Position numbers and translations under genes: made by a program. The notes below the pieces were generated by a model. It ran no database searches, was not told where the DNA came from, and was given only the letters and a program-made list of their open reading frames with translations. A stretch of DNA of 64,000 nt from Phoronis australis (Eukaryota; Animalia; Phoronida): assembly GCA_002633005.1 (NCBI GenBank), contig NMRA01000551.1:1-64000 (forward strand), written 5' to 3'. This document shows, piece after piece, positions 24,069 to 37,235 of the stretch. The first letter of the stretch is position 1. Each line of letters begins with the position of its first letter.

Positions 24069-27000
24069 CTAATGAAAAAAAAATTAAGAACTGAAAATTT
24101 CCAGACTGAGATAAAATCCTCATAAAGCAAGAGAAGAAAGTTTGCTCACTTTTGTAAACAAGTTGCTTTGTTTGTATGACTGTCCTTTGATTTTATGTAC
24201 ATGGTGAGTTTGAGCGAGTAGGTATGAAAATCGTCAACACTATCGTGCATTTAATGAATTAATGGCAGTTGCAAACTTTTTCCATCGCGCTCGAGTCTAA
24301 AGGCGGTAATTTACATATATATAATGAAAATGGGTTAGTTTTTATATTCTCGTTTCTGGAGACTTGAAAACACGTTTATGAAAAGCAAGTGGCACTTACG
24401 GAAAGCACTGTTATCGCTGAAAAGCTTATCAACTTTTTGAAATGAAAAAATAACTAAAGTATTGTTGAAGAATATGTAAGAACGAATATAATGTCACGGC
24501 ATGGTAATTAAAGTTCACTGTCACTTGGAGACGAGTTCAACTTTTCCTTTGTGAAACAAATCTTACTTTTGTTTAACAACCTTTCTGGCTAGAAAAACGA
24601 CCAGCAGCACCAGTAAGACTAACAGACAGAATCCACCGGCGCCCATCAAACTCGAACCTGAAACAGTTGGTTAACCGTTATCTCAGACTTCTTCTTCCCA
24701 CACTAAAGGTAGAATACACTGCTAAGTGCATTACGTTTGTCAATACGTATAGTAACTCCAGTTTCCAAAGCTACTCGCCCTTGGAGTAAGGTAAAAAATA
24801 ACGTGACTAGTTCTGGTCTGCGTTTTTTTTTTTTTTTTGAAAATTGATGCTGTGACGAGACTCCACTGAAATTCGACCAAAGAGCACATAAGGCAAAATG
24901 CATCGACAATGCTGCTGCTACCGTGTATTTTCGGCCGTCTCGCATTATCAGTTTCCTGGAGCACAATCGAACTTAATCAACAGGTTTGTCAAAATAGGGA
25001 TCGATATAATAACACTATCGCCTCAACAAATGAGACGCTAGATTTAAGTACTTTGGATTTTTCAACATTCAGCACTACCCTTGGTTGTCATGAATGCTCT
25101 TTGGTATTTATGATAATTCTTGATAGCTTATAATTTTGAGCCATTGTTAACCGTGTAATAACAGGTTGGCGAGGACTGGAGTTCACATTTATCTTGGTGA
25201 TAAGCTATAGTTAATTAAATGATCGACTGTCTCACAAAAATATATAATAATGGAATCATAAAAGTTAATAATATCAAAATATAACAATTTGCGATATGAT
25301 CAACTTGACAAGGATTGTTCAATTTAGCGAAACTGAAACAAGCAAACGACAGAAACTCACTTATCGGCGACAGCGAGTCTTGTAGAAACGACGCATCTCC
25401 AGTTTTTCCGGTGTTGACGTTTGAAACCTCAGACAAAAGAATTTGATCTGTTGTCGGTTGTAGGGTAATCGTCGTGGTGATTGTAGTTGGTATTGTAGTA
25501 TTTGCTGCGGTTGTGCTCCTAGTGGTAGATGTAGTTGTGTCAGGTGTGATTGTAGTTGTGGGTCTGGTTGTAGTTGTGGGTCTGGTTGTAGTTGTGGGTG
25601 TGGTTGTAGTTGTGGGTGTGGTTGTAGTTGTGGGTGTGGTTGTAGTTGTGGGTGTGGTTGTAGTTGTGGGTGTGGTTATAGTTGTGGGTGTGGTTGTAGT
25701 TGTGGGTATGGTTATAGTTGGGGGTATGGTTGTAGTTGTGGGTATGGTTGTAGTTGGGGGTATGGTTGTGGTTGTAGTTGTGGGTGTAGTTACTGTTGTA
25801 GGTGTGGTAGTGGATGGGGTGGCAGTTGTGGGTGTGGTTATAGTTGTGGTTATGGTTGTAGTCGTGGGTGTTGTTGTGGATGTGATTGCAGATGTGTATG
25901 TGGTTGTAGCTGTGGGTGAAGTTGGAGTGGCGGGCATGTTTGTAGTAGTGGTTGAGATTGAAGATTTTGATATGGATATATGTGTTGGTGTGGTTGTTGC
26001 AAATGTTGAGGTGTTTGTTGTAGTGGGCGTGGCTGTAGTTGGGGGTGTGGTTGTACTTAGAGGTGCGCCAGTAGTCGTGGGTGCTATTGTAGGTGCTTGT
26101 GTAGTTGTAGTGGTTGTAACTGTTGCTGGTGTGGTTGTAATTGTTGGTGTGGTTGTAGGCGTGGTTGTTGTAGTGGGCGCCATCGTTGCTATGTGTGTGG
26201 TCGTAGTCGTTGGTGTGTATGTAGTTGTTGGTGTGTTTGTAGTTGTTGGTGTGGTTGTAGTTGCAGGTGTGATCGTAGTTGTGGTTTTACTAATGACTGT
26301 GGTCGTAGGTATGAGTGTTGTTGTAGTTCCTGGTGTGGTCTTAGTTGTGGGTGCGGTTTTGGTAGTTGGTGTAGCTTGGTTTGACAGTGTAGTCGTAACT
26401 ACGGGTACCGTTGTAGTGATTGGCGTGCTTTTAGTCACAAAAGTGATTTCATTGATAGTTGCGGAAGTAGTAGTGGTTGTGGTCGTAGTTTTGAATTTGG
26501 TTGTAAATGTTGGTGTGGTTGTGGGTGTGGGTGTCTTTGTTGTACTAGGCGTGGTCATGGCTGTGCGTGATGTTGTAGTTGTGGGCGTGGTTGTGGCTGT
26601 GGATCTGCTTGTAGTTTTCGGTCGAATCAGTTCTGAAAAAATTTTAAAAAACTACACAATTCAAGCGAACTTGTTTAGCACACATAGTGCTGGTGACTTG
26701 TGTCTGGAACAACTATTTGTTGTAACATTTGTTTTTATTAATGAAAAATATCACGACATGTCTATGATTCTTACACTATGAATTACCGTTTGCAAATTTA
26801 TTGCCCCTATGTTGGTAAAAATAATTAATTTTCATTCAAATAGCAAGTAATATATATGATTTTTATGAGATTTTCAAATAATTACAATAACTATAAGTAG
26901 CTTCATGTTTGTTAAATCGTTAGAAGCATACAAGTATGTATACTATTAGTTCTGTGTTTGGAAGTCTTGGAACCCAGTCAACACCATCATCATTTCTTTA

Positions 27001-30000
27001 GATTGTGGAAGTTGGTTTCGATAAAATGTCCTTGAAAGGTTAGCAAACACGGTTTTGGCCTACTAACAGATATTAAAAACGATCTTTCCACCCGGTTCTC
27101 TGAAACTAAATATTGGACTGTAAGCCTCGACAACCCTCAAAACTTTGGACCTACGCTTCATGCGAGTTACGCGGCAACCGCGGGGAAAGACCACCCACCT
27201 ATAACTACAATATCCAACCTGTGACAGGGAGTATATGAGTTTTGATTTCAGTCCTGCTTTTATGTCTTTAAGTCCTGCTCTCACGCGTTGTTAACTCTTA
27301 TTACATGGTTAGAGGATGTTATAAGGGTCCAAGATGTACCTACCCCACAACTAATACACGATCCGTACTCGAAAAAAGTTTAAATGAACGCGCCACTCAC
27401 GATTCGCACCCGAAGAACCACCGCCATTTTGAACTTGCCGCGAACCCGGAAGTACAATTCATTCAGGAACCCAGGCCGAGAAAACGCCGTCAGTGCGACT
27501 GGAGCAGTGCCTGTACTGTTACCAGCCAGCAAACGGGGATAAAATAATCGAAAGCGCGCATTAATTTTAATAAAATCAAAATGCGGACAATTTTATCGAA
27601 TTTGCTGAAGAAATATGGCGAATAAATTTTGACAGAAATTATTTTGCCAGACTCGGGACCTCAGCCTATCGGACCCGGTGCCGATCGAGACCAGACACTG
27701 GCGAACGGTAAACGCATGCGGTTGCAAGCTGTTTTGTCGAAGTAAAATGGTCAAATCATAAATGCTGCATNNNNNNNNNNNNNNNNNNNNNNNNNNNNNN
27801 NNNNNNNNNNNNNNNNNNNNNNNNNNNNNNNNNNNNNNNNNNNNNNNNNNNNNNNNNNNNNNNNNNNNNNNNNNNNNNNNNNNNNNNNNNNNNNNNNNNN
27901 NNNNNNNNNNNNNNNNNNNNNNNNNNNNNNNNNNNNNNNNNNNNNNNNNNNNNNNNNNNNNNNNNNNNNNNNNNNNNNNNNNNNNNNNNNNNNNNNNNNN
28001 NNNNNNNNNNNNNNNNNNNNNNNNNNNNNNNNNNNNNNNNNNNNNNNNNNNNNNNNNNNNNNNNNNNNNNTAATTTTAATTACCGGTGTTAATTAATAAA
28101 CTCAACATTTCCCTACGCTCTTACTGTTTTATTTTTTGCGGCAGCCAAGGAGGGGGGGGGGCCGGGCCCCCTAGGCCCCCTCCCCTAAATCCGCCTATGG
28201 GTTAGTCCTGTGTCACACTGCCGCAGCAGATCTTAGTTAGCCTCAGTCACCAGCTACCAGTGAAGACTATAGTCAAAATACAGCTTGTTAGTAGGCCTAT
28301 ACAGCTTTGCGCCAAGGCTACCCTGGCCGCAGCGCTCGCTCAAACGAGGTTTATTTAGAACTTGAGTACTTCTCGCGAACTGTGCAAAGTTGTTGGGTTT
28401 TAATAGAGATTTTCCCAGACTTTGTATGAGCGCACCAAGCCTAAAACAATGGGGGGCTGGAATTTTCGGGAATGTCTATCTTTTACTATAAGATTCAATG
28501 GGTATGTTCAGAGCTATGAATTGCAGACGCTAAATTTTGGTACTTCCTGTCTTCTAGTGGAATGTTGTCTCATTTTCTACTTTTTTCGGAATTCGGGCTT
28601 CTCTGACTGAGGCAGACCTTTTTCCAGTACTCCAAAAAGGGAGCTCGTTAGAGCACATAAGTATGAGAAGTCCAACACAAAATGTCATCATTTTTATTCA
28701 TTAACCCAAAATGATTCAAACTTTTAACATAATACATAACTTAAAATGCACAATACTTTACAACATTTAGCATTACAAACACTATTCAGCAGCAAGTTTC
28801 CATGATATGAAAGTGGACATACATGTAACTATTACCATGGTGACGAAATAGTGTTTCCTTACACCAGAATTTGACAAGCATCATTTAAAAAAATATGAAG
28901 TTGCAAGGAACAAGAATTAGAGGCTTGAATCTTCACAATCCAATATAGCTTATTTCTCAATTTAAGATTATTCATATCGTTGACTTGATAACCTGAATTA
29001 AGAAGCAATAAGTTACAAAACATGACTTGAAAGCAATTGAGACTTAAAATTTAGAAAAATATGAATCATTTTGTGACACCGAATCAAGTCTTGAACAGCA
29101 GTTGACAGTCTAACAAAAAACCATTTCAAAATTATTTCAACTATTTTTTAGCTTAGTGTAAGATCACCTGAATGGGAAATTTACAGTAAAATAATTCGAA
29201 TACATCTTATATTTTTGCACAAAAAAACACGAAAATTGAACAAAGTTTCTTTTTTGTAGCAACGTTTGTCAAAATGTATCAACGCTAAATCTTCACAAAT
29301 TACAAAGTAGCCGATTGAACATGCCTTTCAGTTCAGCAAAATTCGCCATGTTTTCGGTGCCGCCAGAAATGAGACCAAGTCCAACGGGAATTGTGAGCAC
29401 ATTTATCACTTAATGAGTCACAACTGCAAGTCTGAAATTTGGTGAACACTGTTAAATCGTGCAGAATAGCAAGTAAAGATATGTCTAACTAAATTTCACT
29501 GTAATTTGTTGGCGAAAACAAATTACACAAAGTTTTAAACTCCTAACTTATCCCGCTGTCCTCCAATATGGCCGACGCGATCCAAACAAAGTGACCCAAA
29601 TTTCGCCACAAAACTTGCAATAACTTTACACTGTTTGCCCTGATTTTGATACTTTTTCGATTTTTACTGAGTAGAATGCACTACCTTTCCGATGATAGCA
29701 AAGTACTTTTTCAAAACGAGAAAAAAAATAAAACCGAAAAAAAATAGTTCGACCCATATTGGTTCTTAGGTTCGACCGGCCTACGTAAGGAATTAAACAC
29801 CAATGGTATTTTAACATAGGAAGTACGCGTAACATTCCAAAAAAAATCAACGACCACTAACTACAAACTACAAATACACTACATATGCAAACGAATCACG
29901 AGATATTACTAATAAAACAAAATAATGAAGACTTTTCGAGCAAGCGATAGCACATTCAGTTATAAGGAAAAAATGGCGGCGTTCAGGACAAGTTCCTGAA

Positions 30001-33000
30001 CTGATGAGCCGGAAATGTGGGTACGGAAATAACCGATGACAGCCAGTAATTATACGCTCACAGAGAAGGGTCAAATACTGTTAAAAAATCGCTTTTGGCA
30101 AGAAAGGCGAAAAGAATATAAAGAAAGGTTGTCGAAAATAAGAAATTATGTAGTAAGTATTTTCGGATACTGGAACCACATGGGCAGTTTGAGAGCAGGC
30201 CTTTAAGTGGGACACCAATGATGCAATAGTAGAAGACAGAACGACAGTTGGTTGAAATCATCAAAACATTGTTCAGTATCCTTTTAAATTGAGGTGCTTG
30301 TTATTTTAATTACCACAGAATTCGACAATGAAACTCAATTGGCTGAGAACATAAGCACTGAATTGAATGAACATGACTAGTCTGCAGAAGAATTTTTAAC
30401 TCCATTGTGTGAAACGCGTCATTTTCCCTCTGTGTTACCCTACAGTACGCACTTGATAGTTATCAATAGTTTGTGCATGTAACGAATCGCCCGCCATCAC
30501 TTTGAATCCCGTCCACATCACTAGTGCAGTCCTTCACGACTTGGTAATCAACTATCGCATACGACTAACACGTGTTGCGACATAATTTTCGAGCTAAAGT
30601 CTAATAGGATTAGTCGATTGAAAAAAGTGCCCGTTTATATTTCGACTCGGGTACTGGAAATCGTATCTGACACTTGGACCACTGTACACTCTTTCATAGT
30701 GCTACGAAAGGTAGCACTTTCAGTATAGGTGGCGCTGTGAAACACGGTAGGACTGCTCACACACATACAAACTGCTTCAGTCCTAACCTACTGGTATCTG
30801 TGGCCTGATGCATGAAAAGTGAGTTCAGGGCTGAAGTCGGAAATTTTGTCCCGCGCTCCCGTGTCACAAGTTATGAAAAGCTACTTTGTAAAGTAATTCT
30901 CATCACAGAATATTAATAATTGATGCAAAATACCCGTTTCATTAGCAATATTCGGAGACTTAGGGATTTCATTTTTAATTAAGATTACAGTGTTTTTCAA
31001 AAATAGTTGTGCAAAAAGAATTTTTTTATTTGAAAGTAACTTTTCACGAATCAGACCCTGGGCATGAGTCAATAATTAATAGTGCTACTATTATAACTAT
31101 TCAGAAACCTCATGTTGCACTCACCGTATTGACAGACGAAGTTATTGGGCTCGTGACATTTTCGGTCATTCCACTGAGAACGCTGTATATTCCAGATTCC
31201 CTCATATCGTACTTCCACGCACTCTTCTTCTCTATTACTTGGTTCGTACGGTCCCCAGTTGGTGAAACCCACTTCCGTTCCTTTTTAAAAAATCGAATGT
31301 GCCCCTATTTAATAATCGTTTCTTTGCCTCATATCAGGTCACTTACTTTGCCCTGACTCATATAATAGTTATTAATCTATAGAAAACGTTGGCACTGAAA
31401 ATCGGTTTATTGCTTCATAGCATTGTACAAGCCACTGATGCACTCATGATATTCAAAACAAAAAACAAAGACAAATTGCAGTTTCGCTTAAATTAAAAAT
31501 TTAACGAACGGTTTTGATTGCCCCAAGGTATTACAAAAACATTACCGTCAGTCCATTGCCATTTCCGGTCAGCGTCTCTCTTCCAGGTGGCACCTATCCA
31601 GTAGTTTCCAACAAACATCCTGTCATGTTTGTCTTTGTTTTCAATAAACTCTATCAGCTTCTTTTGAGTTTCCGGGTTCTCAACGCGAGCTAAATAGCCC
31701 TTCTCTCCGTTAAAACGTTTCTTTTCGCATGCTAATTTGGCCTGGGACCAGGTTGAACCCTCATCGCTGTTAGTAAAATCCCGCAGAACACCTCCGAAGT
31801 AGTAACAGCTGGTGCCAATTTGTTGACAACGAAATACCCATGGATCCGTGCTCTTATCAAAGCAGTAGTCATCCGAGTGTTCGCACTTAATATTATCTAA
31901 AACATGCATAACAAAGCAATTACACAACAGAAATACAGGACATCGTTACTTCCACAAGTGAACAAAAACTGAGTTCTGTAGACCGCAAGACCAAAGTTCG
32001 TGCTGTGCCTTGAGGCGAAACTTTTCTATTATGGAACGCTAGCGGTGAATTCAATGGCACCATCCAACACTCTCATCTCGCGTCCCAATTACAAAAGTGG
32101 CCGCCATCGGATAGGCTAAAGATCTTGCGTGATTTTGATTTTCTTGCAAAAAATCGTGTTCTACGGAACACTATACCACCCTTGCCATTGCTTACGTAAT
32201 CTTTTTCATTAACGAGTAATTTTTCAACTTTTAACCAGGGCGATCTTAATAAAAAATGTTAAGTGAAATGTACCCATGTTTGCTCGGTATATTATCTACA
32301 ACAAGATATTGAAAGAATACTACCACAGAAACACATTGGACATTTTTTTCAAAATCTTCCGATTTCCATAAACTAGCGATTTGGGAAAACCAAGGCGATG
32401 GAACGTTTTACTTCTGGACATAAGGTCTCATCTTCACGTATCTGGACAACCAGAAATGTTCTATCGGTGTACGTGTAGCGGTAATTCTAGCTCCCAAATA
32501 TAGGCTCATAGGCCTACATTCCGCAAGTGGACCAATAGGCCTACATTCGTTACCACAAGTAAAATTTTCCAGGGTTTATAGACTGAAGAATGTCACCGAG
32601 TGTCAACTAAGTCTTTAGAGAAACATGATATACCTGGATTTTTCGTAAACAGGACCCACAACTACCGGCCAACGAGCCTATAATTGGAAAATTTTGCGTA
32701 CATAGGCATCTATGCCCGCTTTTGAAACCGCAATCAAATTTCTTAAGGTTTACAGGGTTTCCGAAACTGAGCAGTGTCGGAAAATGTCAAACAAAAACGA
32801 GCCTTCCTAAGATACAGGACATGTTTCAATTCTGCACTTTTACAAAATAATTTTCTTTATTATACACATTGATCCTCATTCGTTGGCTGGCACATTTTCC
32901 CATTATAAGCGCCCTCGTTTTCAAATGCACTGTCATGGTTGTGTCCCGAGGTACTAAAAAGGTAAATAATATATTTTCCAAATATATAGCCTGGACTTAT

Positions 33001-36000
33001 TACCATTTATTTCCGTTAATTTATTTCAGTACGCTTTTGGGCTTATCTGTAAAATAAACTTCATTAACGGCTCAAATTCAGTTTCCAAAACCTGGCAATC
33101 ATCAACGACCTTCCTATTAGTGTTTCACAGAAACTTTTCACTCGTTCATAGATTACTGTTATGAATTATTTTAAAACACATGTCATAAAAAGTTATGAAC
33201 CTGGTTGCACCAGCGCCAGCTGCTTCGTGTGTAACTACTTTTTTAAAACATGCCAAGAAAATTTATTTTAGTATGGACTGCCACCAAATTGAAACTATCT
33301 TGAAATTCCTTTTTCCTGTAGCGTGTATTTTTCTGGCGGCATCGTATTAAGCAGACTCCTGTGGCGATCTGTTTCATGAAGAGTGACTTACGACATAAGA
33401 CAGAAATTTAGTCATAGCCTACACACAACTGTTTCTAAAAATAATTTAATCTCACTTGAGCAAAAGTGCAAAGTCTCTCAGAATATATAGATAACTGCTG
33501 AGGAAATTCCTATAAACTATTTCTAGACTATAATGAGCACGGAATGTGCACGATTAAGTTACACCGAAATTGAAGGACGTTGCACCTAACGATTTTGTGT
33601 GACAATGCAATGTCGCTACTGCTATCCGACAGTTCTGACGCACCTAACCCGAGGACGATACTGCTGCCACCTAACGGCGTCAAAACAAGTCAACCATGTA
33701 TTGTATCTGATACCATCTCCTTTTCGTACAATCTTGGGGTTTAAACACCGGGAGGTAAACTCTCCATATCACAAGTAAGTGATTTGGAGTTTACACCTCT
33801 AAGTCACTGGGATCATTTGACACACGAGTTACAGGGCGATCATTTAACAATTTTTCTGCACAAACCGTTTTGATCCAGTATACTGGCTCATCCATTAAGG
33901 CTTTAAAAAGTTCCGAATATTCCGTATACACCGTATCAATATTCTCTTCCACTAGCTGGATTTAAAACCCAATTTACTGTTTTCTACAGTAAATAATCGT
34001 GGATCTACACCATGAATCTATAAACTTTGGCTTTCCAATAACATCGCTACCATGCCACTGTGAGTACTGTAAAGCGTGACGGTCAGTAGGCGGCACCCCC
34101 ACTTGGCGGAACATGACATTGACATCGCCTATGATTCAGTAAGGTAACATAAATTGAACAGAAAATGAAATTTTAGGATACTATGAATTCACGAAGGGCT
34201 GCGCATGAGCTCAACATGAAAACATGTCCCTTTCACTTTCCACCAACATAAATCTGCATGACAACGGGAGGCCCGCAAAACAACCTTGAAAAGGAAATCC
34301 ATAACCGCACAGGTGAGTGACAAACACACGCGACTGTGGGACTACCTGACAACTAATAAATAAAAAACAAAGCAATGAACACTATATATACACTGCTTCT
34401 ACCAATAGACTTGTCTCTCTTGCTTAAACTTATAGGTTGGACTTACCAAACTGACATATGAACTTGGATGGAACCTTCACTAGAACCTTAACGTCTTTAT
34501 TTTCATCGTTCCACTTGTAGTGACCTCTTTTTTGAGTGTCGCCGTAAGTCCCATACCTGAATTACACATCAAGCTCTACGTCAGTAGTCTCAGTGGCGAA
34601 AGCCTAAATATTATGCCAATAGCCGCGCTTGTGAACAAGACATAGGAGTGAAGGCAGCTACCCCCAAATACTCCCCCAGTTATGATAACCATAATTGAAC
34701 AAATATTCCGAAGGATAAATAGTTGACATCGTTAACGGGTGAAGAAGCGATCCAAACTGAGCAACATTTTACGTAGATACAGTGCAGTATACGGCTTTGG
34801 TAGGCTAACTCTGAAATAAGATGTACAGTGTATTCCTCTATCATTTGGTTCACGGGGGAAAAGAGAATGTTCTGCTAGTGCCATGGTCAACTAAATACTA
34901 ATTGCTATGTGTCTTGTAACCACGCTGAACCTAATTTTTTCTACCATAGGATTTCTACTTTTAGCGCCACTAACTGCAAAATTAGATTACTATAGAATGA
35001 GATGCAACTCGTCGGATAATGCGTTCAAACCATTTGAAAACAGGAGAAACGCTAGTACGATAATTCACTTCCTCTGGTGTTTCATACAGTGAACGCAATT
35101 ATTCAGCTCAGCCTGTTTTTAATGGACATCACCATTAATTTACCACAACTGAATGCGGTCCTCTTCCCCTCCATTGTCATTAGGCTCTCCCTCCATCCAA
35201 TTAAACCACGTGACCTCGTCGCCGTTCGTCCAGTACCAGCGCTTGAAAGTCCTTGCTCCGATCCAGTAATTATATTTCCTATCATTCACTAGGTCATTGA
35301 GAAAATTCTGTTGTTTCTGATTTTGGATGCTCGCAAGAGTCCCCCCACGTGACAAACACATTTCCTTCGCCTCAAACCAGCTCTTCTTGTCATTGTCATT
35401 TATTTCGAAGTACAACTGCTCGTCAAACTGCTTTCCATGTGGGCAACGCGGTAAAACGGCTCCTGAAAGTAAAAGGATATGTAAATTAGGCATTCAAGTC
35501 TTCTGATAAAAACTTAATTTTGATTTTGACCATCTACGGTTATGAAGTTGGTCTCCTTATTCCAAGTATATGCGATTTCTCAGCTTGGAAAGAACTGACA
35601 TTTACTATTCACTGAACACCAACTGGCCTGTCGTGAGGGATTACTTTATTCGCGGACAATGATCTCAAGCAATGACTGCCATCTGTTGCCAATCTCGAAA
35701 AGAACTTGAGTAAAGAACAAATTAATAATGAAACTGCCAGTCAAACCTGGCAAAAACTTACAACCCATGTTGTTTTTTCACACATATGTTATGCAACCTC
35801 TGGAAAATAAGACATCATCTGTAGATATTGGGCTAATGTGCGAACTGATGTATGAGCATTGAGTACAATGAAGAAATTGCTTCACAAGCTGTCGCTACCC
35901 CCTTGGTCGGATTTTCTCTTCCAAACAACACAAATTTTAACTCCATTTTCCTCATTAATATTTTTCCTTGGAGGCATTCAATGATTCCTAACAGATGTCG

Positions 36001-37235
36001 TCATTTTTCCAGTTATTTGTGTCAATTGTATCTTTATGTGACTCACAAATCGTCCATTTGCCTTTCAAGGGAATCACTTTCAACACGGATCAAAACTCCA
36101 GTGCACATACATTCTCTCCCTTGTCATGTTGTGTACTTAGTGCAGTTGCAATGTGGCACACAGTTGTTTGTACTTAGTTTGGAAACGTACTTTCTCAAGG
36201 CTATGTACATGTAGGGCCCTAGACAAATGTCCAAATTTGGCTAACTTTGAAGCTTCTTTTTTCAGAAATGGTTGATCTTTTTCATATGAAACTTTCAAAT
36301 TCTATAATTTATGCACTGTGGTGAAATGTCGTTGAAATGTTCCAATTTTGCATGATCTTCATGAAAATATTTTTAAGTTGCATCAAACGAAAATAATGAT
36401 ACTTTATAAAACTGAAACTGTGTTTTTGAGAGTTCACCTTGACCATTCAATCAATCAAATAAAATTTAATCATTTTATTGATACCGTTGTTTTGCTACTA
36501 AAAAATCTTTCTTTTTTGCTTAATTTTACAGAAAGATATGGTCACGTGACCCAATTTATAACAGATCGGTAAAATGTCACATTCATAGCTTTTCCACTTA
36601 CTGATTCCTAGTTGAAATGTTTAGTTTTGTATATATTTTGCTAAATATGAAAACCTGTCATTGAGGTGCCACATAACCTTAAAGCTACGTAGGACCATAA
36701 ACAAATGTCCAGTCATGTCTTAAAATGATTGATCGACTTCATGTAGGTATCCATATGATGTGTTTAGAAAATTGTTCTCCAAAACCGTACTAGGAAGTAT
36801 GTTTGGAATGTTCCGTTTTTTCGTGATACGCCATCAAAAACGAAATGAGGTTAGACGTTGAATATGTGTAAAAGAAGAAAATTGGCCGTGATAGTGATTC
36901 CGCTGTTTTGTTGTCAGTGTGGCTTTCTTTTTCTTAACTTTGACTTACAGACTAGTCACGTATCCGTATTAACAGGATCTCGCTAACATATCAAAGCTAT
37001 ATTCCACCAAGCTTTTGCAGTATTTTTTCTTTGGAATTGTTCTCGGCCGAAAACAGCGGGTCCCGTGCAAATGGTATTCTAAGTGTTCTACGTCAATGAC
37101 TAATCCTGTGTTGGATAGCATAGCTGTTTTAGTGAATTGGAACAGCATTATATGTAAATTGAGTTCAACCGACTTACCTTGGCAGCCAACGTGTGACCAC
37201 AACAACCAAATAAGTAAAGTCGATAGAAGTCTCAT
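23753..37235 (-). CDS. Gene A: type I membrane C-type lectin/mucin receptor (SP-CTLD-CTLD-mucin-TM-tail), ~890 aa, 8 exons
   Basis: Join on minus strand: 37235-37178, 35462-35144, 34556-34447, 31896-31546, 31280-31125, 26632-25361, 24657-24567, 24068-23753. All junctions GT-AG with compatible phases; total 2673 nt with no internal stop. An extra exon could be hidden in or near the gap at 27771-28070. Confidence 0.85.
24567..24657 (-). CDS. Gene A exon 7: transmembrane segment SSLMGAGGFCLLVLLVLLVVFLARKVVKQ
   Basis: Hydrophobic helix followed by basic stop-transfer residues; acceptor gtttcag, donor AA|GTAAGA. Confidence 0.85.
25361..26632 (-). CDS. Gene A exon 6: Thr/Pro-rich mucin stalk (424 aa)
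   Basis: Long open frame of PTTTTT repeats; acceptor ttttcag, donor A|GTGAGT, phase 1-1. Confidence 0.85.
25548..25790. repeat. 18-bp coding minisatellite (PTTTTT) in the gene A mucin exon
   Basis: (GTTGTAGTTGTGGGTGTG)n, near-perfect array. Confidence 0.9.
27771..28070. other. Assembly gap (inside gene A intron 5)
   Basis: Run of N. Confidence 1.
28071..28199 (+). mobile_element. Right end of a third copy of the 17076-18056 element
   Basis: Aligns to 17929-18056. Confidence 0.7.
28424..28660 (-). mobile_element. Same MITE family, copy 2 (diverged)
   Basis: Aligns to 38276-38500 (CCTAAAA..TGGGGGGCT.GAATTTT...TTTTGGTA.TTCCTG...GGGAGCTCGTT). Confidence 0.6.
31125..31280 (-). CDS. Gene A exon 5: CTLD2 C-half (FTNW...EPS...ECV...WNDRKC...FVCQY)
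   Basis: CTLD motifs; 156 nt, phase 1-1, donor GTGAGT. Confidence 0.9.
31546..31896 (-). CDS. Gene A exon 4: Cys-rich linker plus CTLD2 N-half (SCYYF...TWSQAKLAC...YWIG...WQWTDG)
   Basis: CTLD motifs; 351 nt, phase 1-1, AG/GT boundaries. Confidence 0.9.
33670..34130 (-). mobile_element. BEL/Pao LTR retrotransposon integrase relic
   Basis: AEKLLNDRPVTRVSNDPSDLEV*TPNHLLV, LPPGV and KRRWYQIQYMVDLF*RR* match BEL integrase C-terminal motifs. Confidence 0.75.
34447..34556 (-). CDS. Gene A exon 3: CTLD1 C-terminus (YGTYGDTQKRGHYKWNDEIKDVKVLVKVPSKFICQF)
   Basis: Not in the ORF track; translated by hand. WND and FICQ motifs, phase 2->1, donor GTAAGT. Confidence 0.88.
35144..35462 (-). CDS. Gene A exon 2: CTLD1 (SWFEAKEMC...LASI...YWIG...EPN)
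   Basis: Canonical C-type lectin motifs; acceptor tttcag, phase-2 donor TG|GTAAAT. Confidence 0.9.
37178..37235 (-). CDS. Gene A exon 1: signal peptide MRLLSTLLIWLLWSHVGCQ
   Basis: ATG, hydrophobic core, phase-1 donor G|GTAAGT. Confidence 0.85.

Noticed and set aside
25474-26781. 435-aa Val/Gly-rich plus-strand ORF (and the Cys-rich ORF 26097..26384)
   Set aside because: Antisense and alternate-frame shadows of the Thr/Pro mucin exon (ACN codons read as GTN on the other strand). Only the minus frame has splice sites linking it to the CTLD and TM exons.
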